A DNA stretch of 64,000 nt, from the NCBI GenBank assembly GCA_963807805.1, contig CAWECX010000008.1, forward strand, positions 110,978-174,977, read 5' to 3'. The first letter of the stretch is position 1. Each line of letters begins with the position of its first letter. The notes beneath the pieces were generated by a model. That model worked only from the letters and a program-made list of their open reading frames with translations, was not told the origin of the DNA and made no database searches. The DNA is from an uncultured Actinomycetota bacterium (lineage in GTDB: Bacteria; Actinomycetota; Actinomycetes; Actinomycetales; Micrococcaceae). The position numbers and the translations under genes were made by a program. Positions 62,820 to 64,000 of the stretch are shown in pieces.

Positions 62820-63866
62820 TTAGAGTTCGGTCCAGTCGAGGACAACTTTTCCGCCGACGCCGGCGCGGGCAATGTCGAAGCCTTTTTCCCAGTCCCGGGC
62901 GGGAAGCCTGTCCGTGACCACGGCCGAGATGCCGGCGTGCAGCACCGGGTTGGAGGACAGCATGGCGCTCATGGCGTACCAGGTTTCATACATTTCCCGG
63001 CCGTAGATGCCCTTCAGGGTCAGCATGTGCGTGACCACCTTGCCCCAGTCGATGGTGATCTCCTGGCTGGGCAGGCCCAGCATGGCAATACGGCCGCCGT
63101 GGTTCATGTTCTCGATCATCTCAGGCAGCGCCGTGGGGTGGCCGGACATTTCCATGCCGATGTCAAAGCCCTCGCGCATGCCGAGTTCACGCTGGGCATC
63201 CTTGACGCGGGTGGTGGAGACGTCGATGGCCAGGTCCACACCGAGCTGGCGTGCCAGCTCGAGCCGGGGCCGGGAGACGTCGGTGATGGCGATCTTCCGG
63301 GCCCCGGCATGGCGGGCTACGGCGATGGCCATCAGGCCGATCGGGCCCGCACCCGTGATCAGTACATCCTCGCCCACCAGCGGGAAGCTGAGGGCGGTGT
63401 GGACGGCGTTGCCGAACGGATCGAAGATGGCGCCAAGCTCCGGGGTGATCGAGGGATCGTGGTGGACCCAGACGTTGGTTTCGGGGATGACCACGTACTC
63501 GGCAAAGGCGCCGTCCCGCTGCACGCCCACGCTGACGGTGTGGATGCACATCTGCCGGCGGCCGGCGCGGCAGTTCCGGCAGATGCCGCAGACCACGTGG
63601 CCTTCGCCGGATACCCGGTCCCCCACCTTGACGTCACGGACGTCCTCGCCGGTTTCCACCACTTCGCCGTAAAACTCGTGGCCGGCGATCAGCGGCGCCT
63701 CGATCATGCTTTGCGCCCACGCGTCCCAGGACTGGATATGCAGGTCCGTGCCGCAGATGCCGGTGGTCATGACGCGGATCTTGACGTCGTCCGGGCCGGT
63801 TTCCGGCTCGGGACGGTCAACGAGCTCGAACCCTGCGTGGGCACCGGACTTGTAAAGGGCCTTCAT
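62820..63866 (-). CDS. tdh: L-threonine 3-dehydrogenase
   Basis: [37 protein letters not shown]; adjacent to kbl. Confidence 0.96.
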   Translation of the reverse strand: MKALYKSGAHAGFELVDRPEPETGPDDVKIRVMTTGICGTDLHIQSWDAWAQSMIEAPLIAGHEFYGEVVETGEDVRDVKVGDRVSGEGHVVCGICRNCRAGRRQMCIHTVSVGVQRDGAFAEYVVIPETNVWVHHDPSITPELGAIFDPFGNAVHTALSFPLVGEDVLITGAGPIGLMAIAVARHAGARKIAITDVSRPRLELARQLGVDLAIDVSTTRVKDAQRELGMREGFDIGMEMSGHPTALPEMIENMNHGGRIAMLGLPSQEITIDWGKVVTHMLTLKGIYGREMYETWYAMSAMLSSNPVLHAGISAVVTDRLPARDWEKGFDIARAGVGGKVVLDWTEL

Positions 63867-63976
63867 TGGCTTCCTGACTCTTGGCGGCTGACCCGCTTGG
63901 TGCGGGACGGAGATCTTCCCTTCATTAGAGCCATTCCAAAGCATTAGGACAAGCAGTATTTTCTCAATCGACGATG

Positions 63977-63994
63977 AAGCATTAACTAATGCTT
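63977..63994. promoter_or_regulatory. Palindromic operator upstream of tdh-kbl
   Basis: AAGCATTA-AC-TAATGCTT perfect 8-bp arms in an AT-rich promoter region; extra half-site AAGCATTA near 63939. Confidence 0.6.
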
Positions 63995-64000
63995 ACACTG

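Overview
High-GC actinobacterial chromosome segment. Gene content and protein similarity suggest Micrococcaceae (Arthrobacter/Pseudarthrobacter-like); this assignment is an inference. It is core-genome territory, with no integrase, transposase, prophage or CRISPR array seen. In order: rseP/dxr; a lipase maturation factor gene; a leucine/branched-chain catabolic cluster (citE-like lyase, MaoC, scoAB, acyl-CoA dehydrogenase, biotin carboxylase/carboxyltransferase, TetR, bkdABC-like E1/E2, Lrp); a divergent twin DUF485+ActP (SLC5) locus with a LytS/LytTR two-component system; a DivIVA-domain gene, cdsA, frr, pyrH, tsf, rpsB; an M23 peptidase; tRNA-Ile2; a glycosyltransferase/DMT/CDP-alcohol phosphatidyltransferase cluster; two tRNA-Asn; dnaG-dgt-dusB; glyQS; lipolytic hydrolases; an AlkZ-like glycosylase; metX and metY, each behind its own SAM-IV riboswitch; DeoR, hutI-like, FAD oxidoreductase, kbl-tdh. 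About 17 genes carry apparent 1-bp frameshifts, most likely long-read consensus errors. The best leads are (i) a probable transporter-assisted LytS/LytTR signalling system with candidate operator repeats and a CRP site, (ii) a GTTA-N8-TAAC palindrome family at three loci, (iii) an unexplained ~32-bp purine-rich intergenic tandem repeat, and (iv) a putative membrane-lipid synthesis/flipping cluster.
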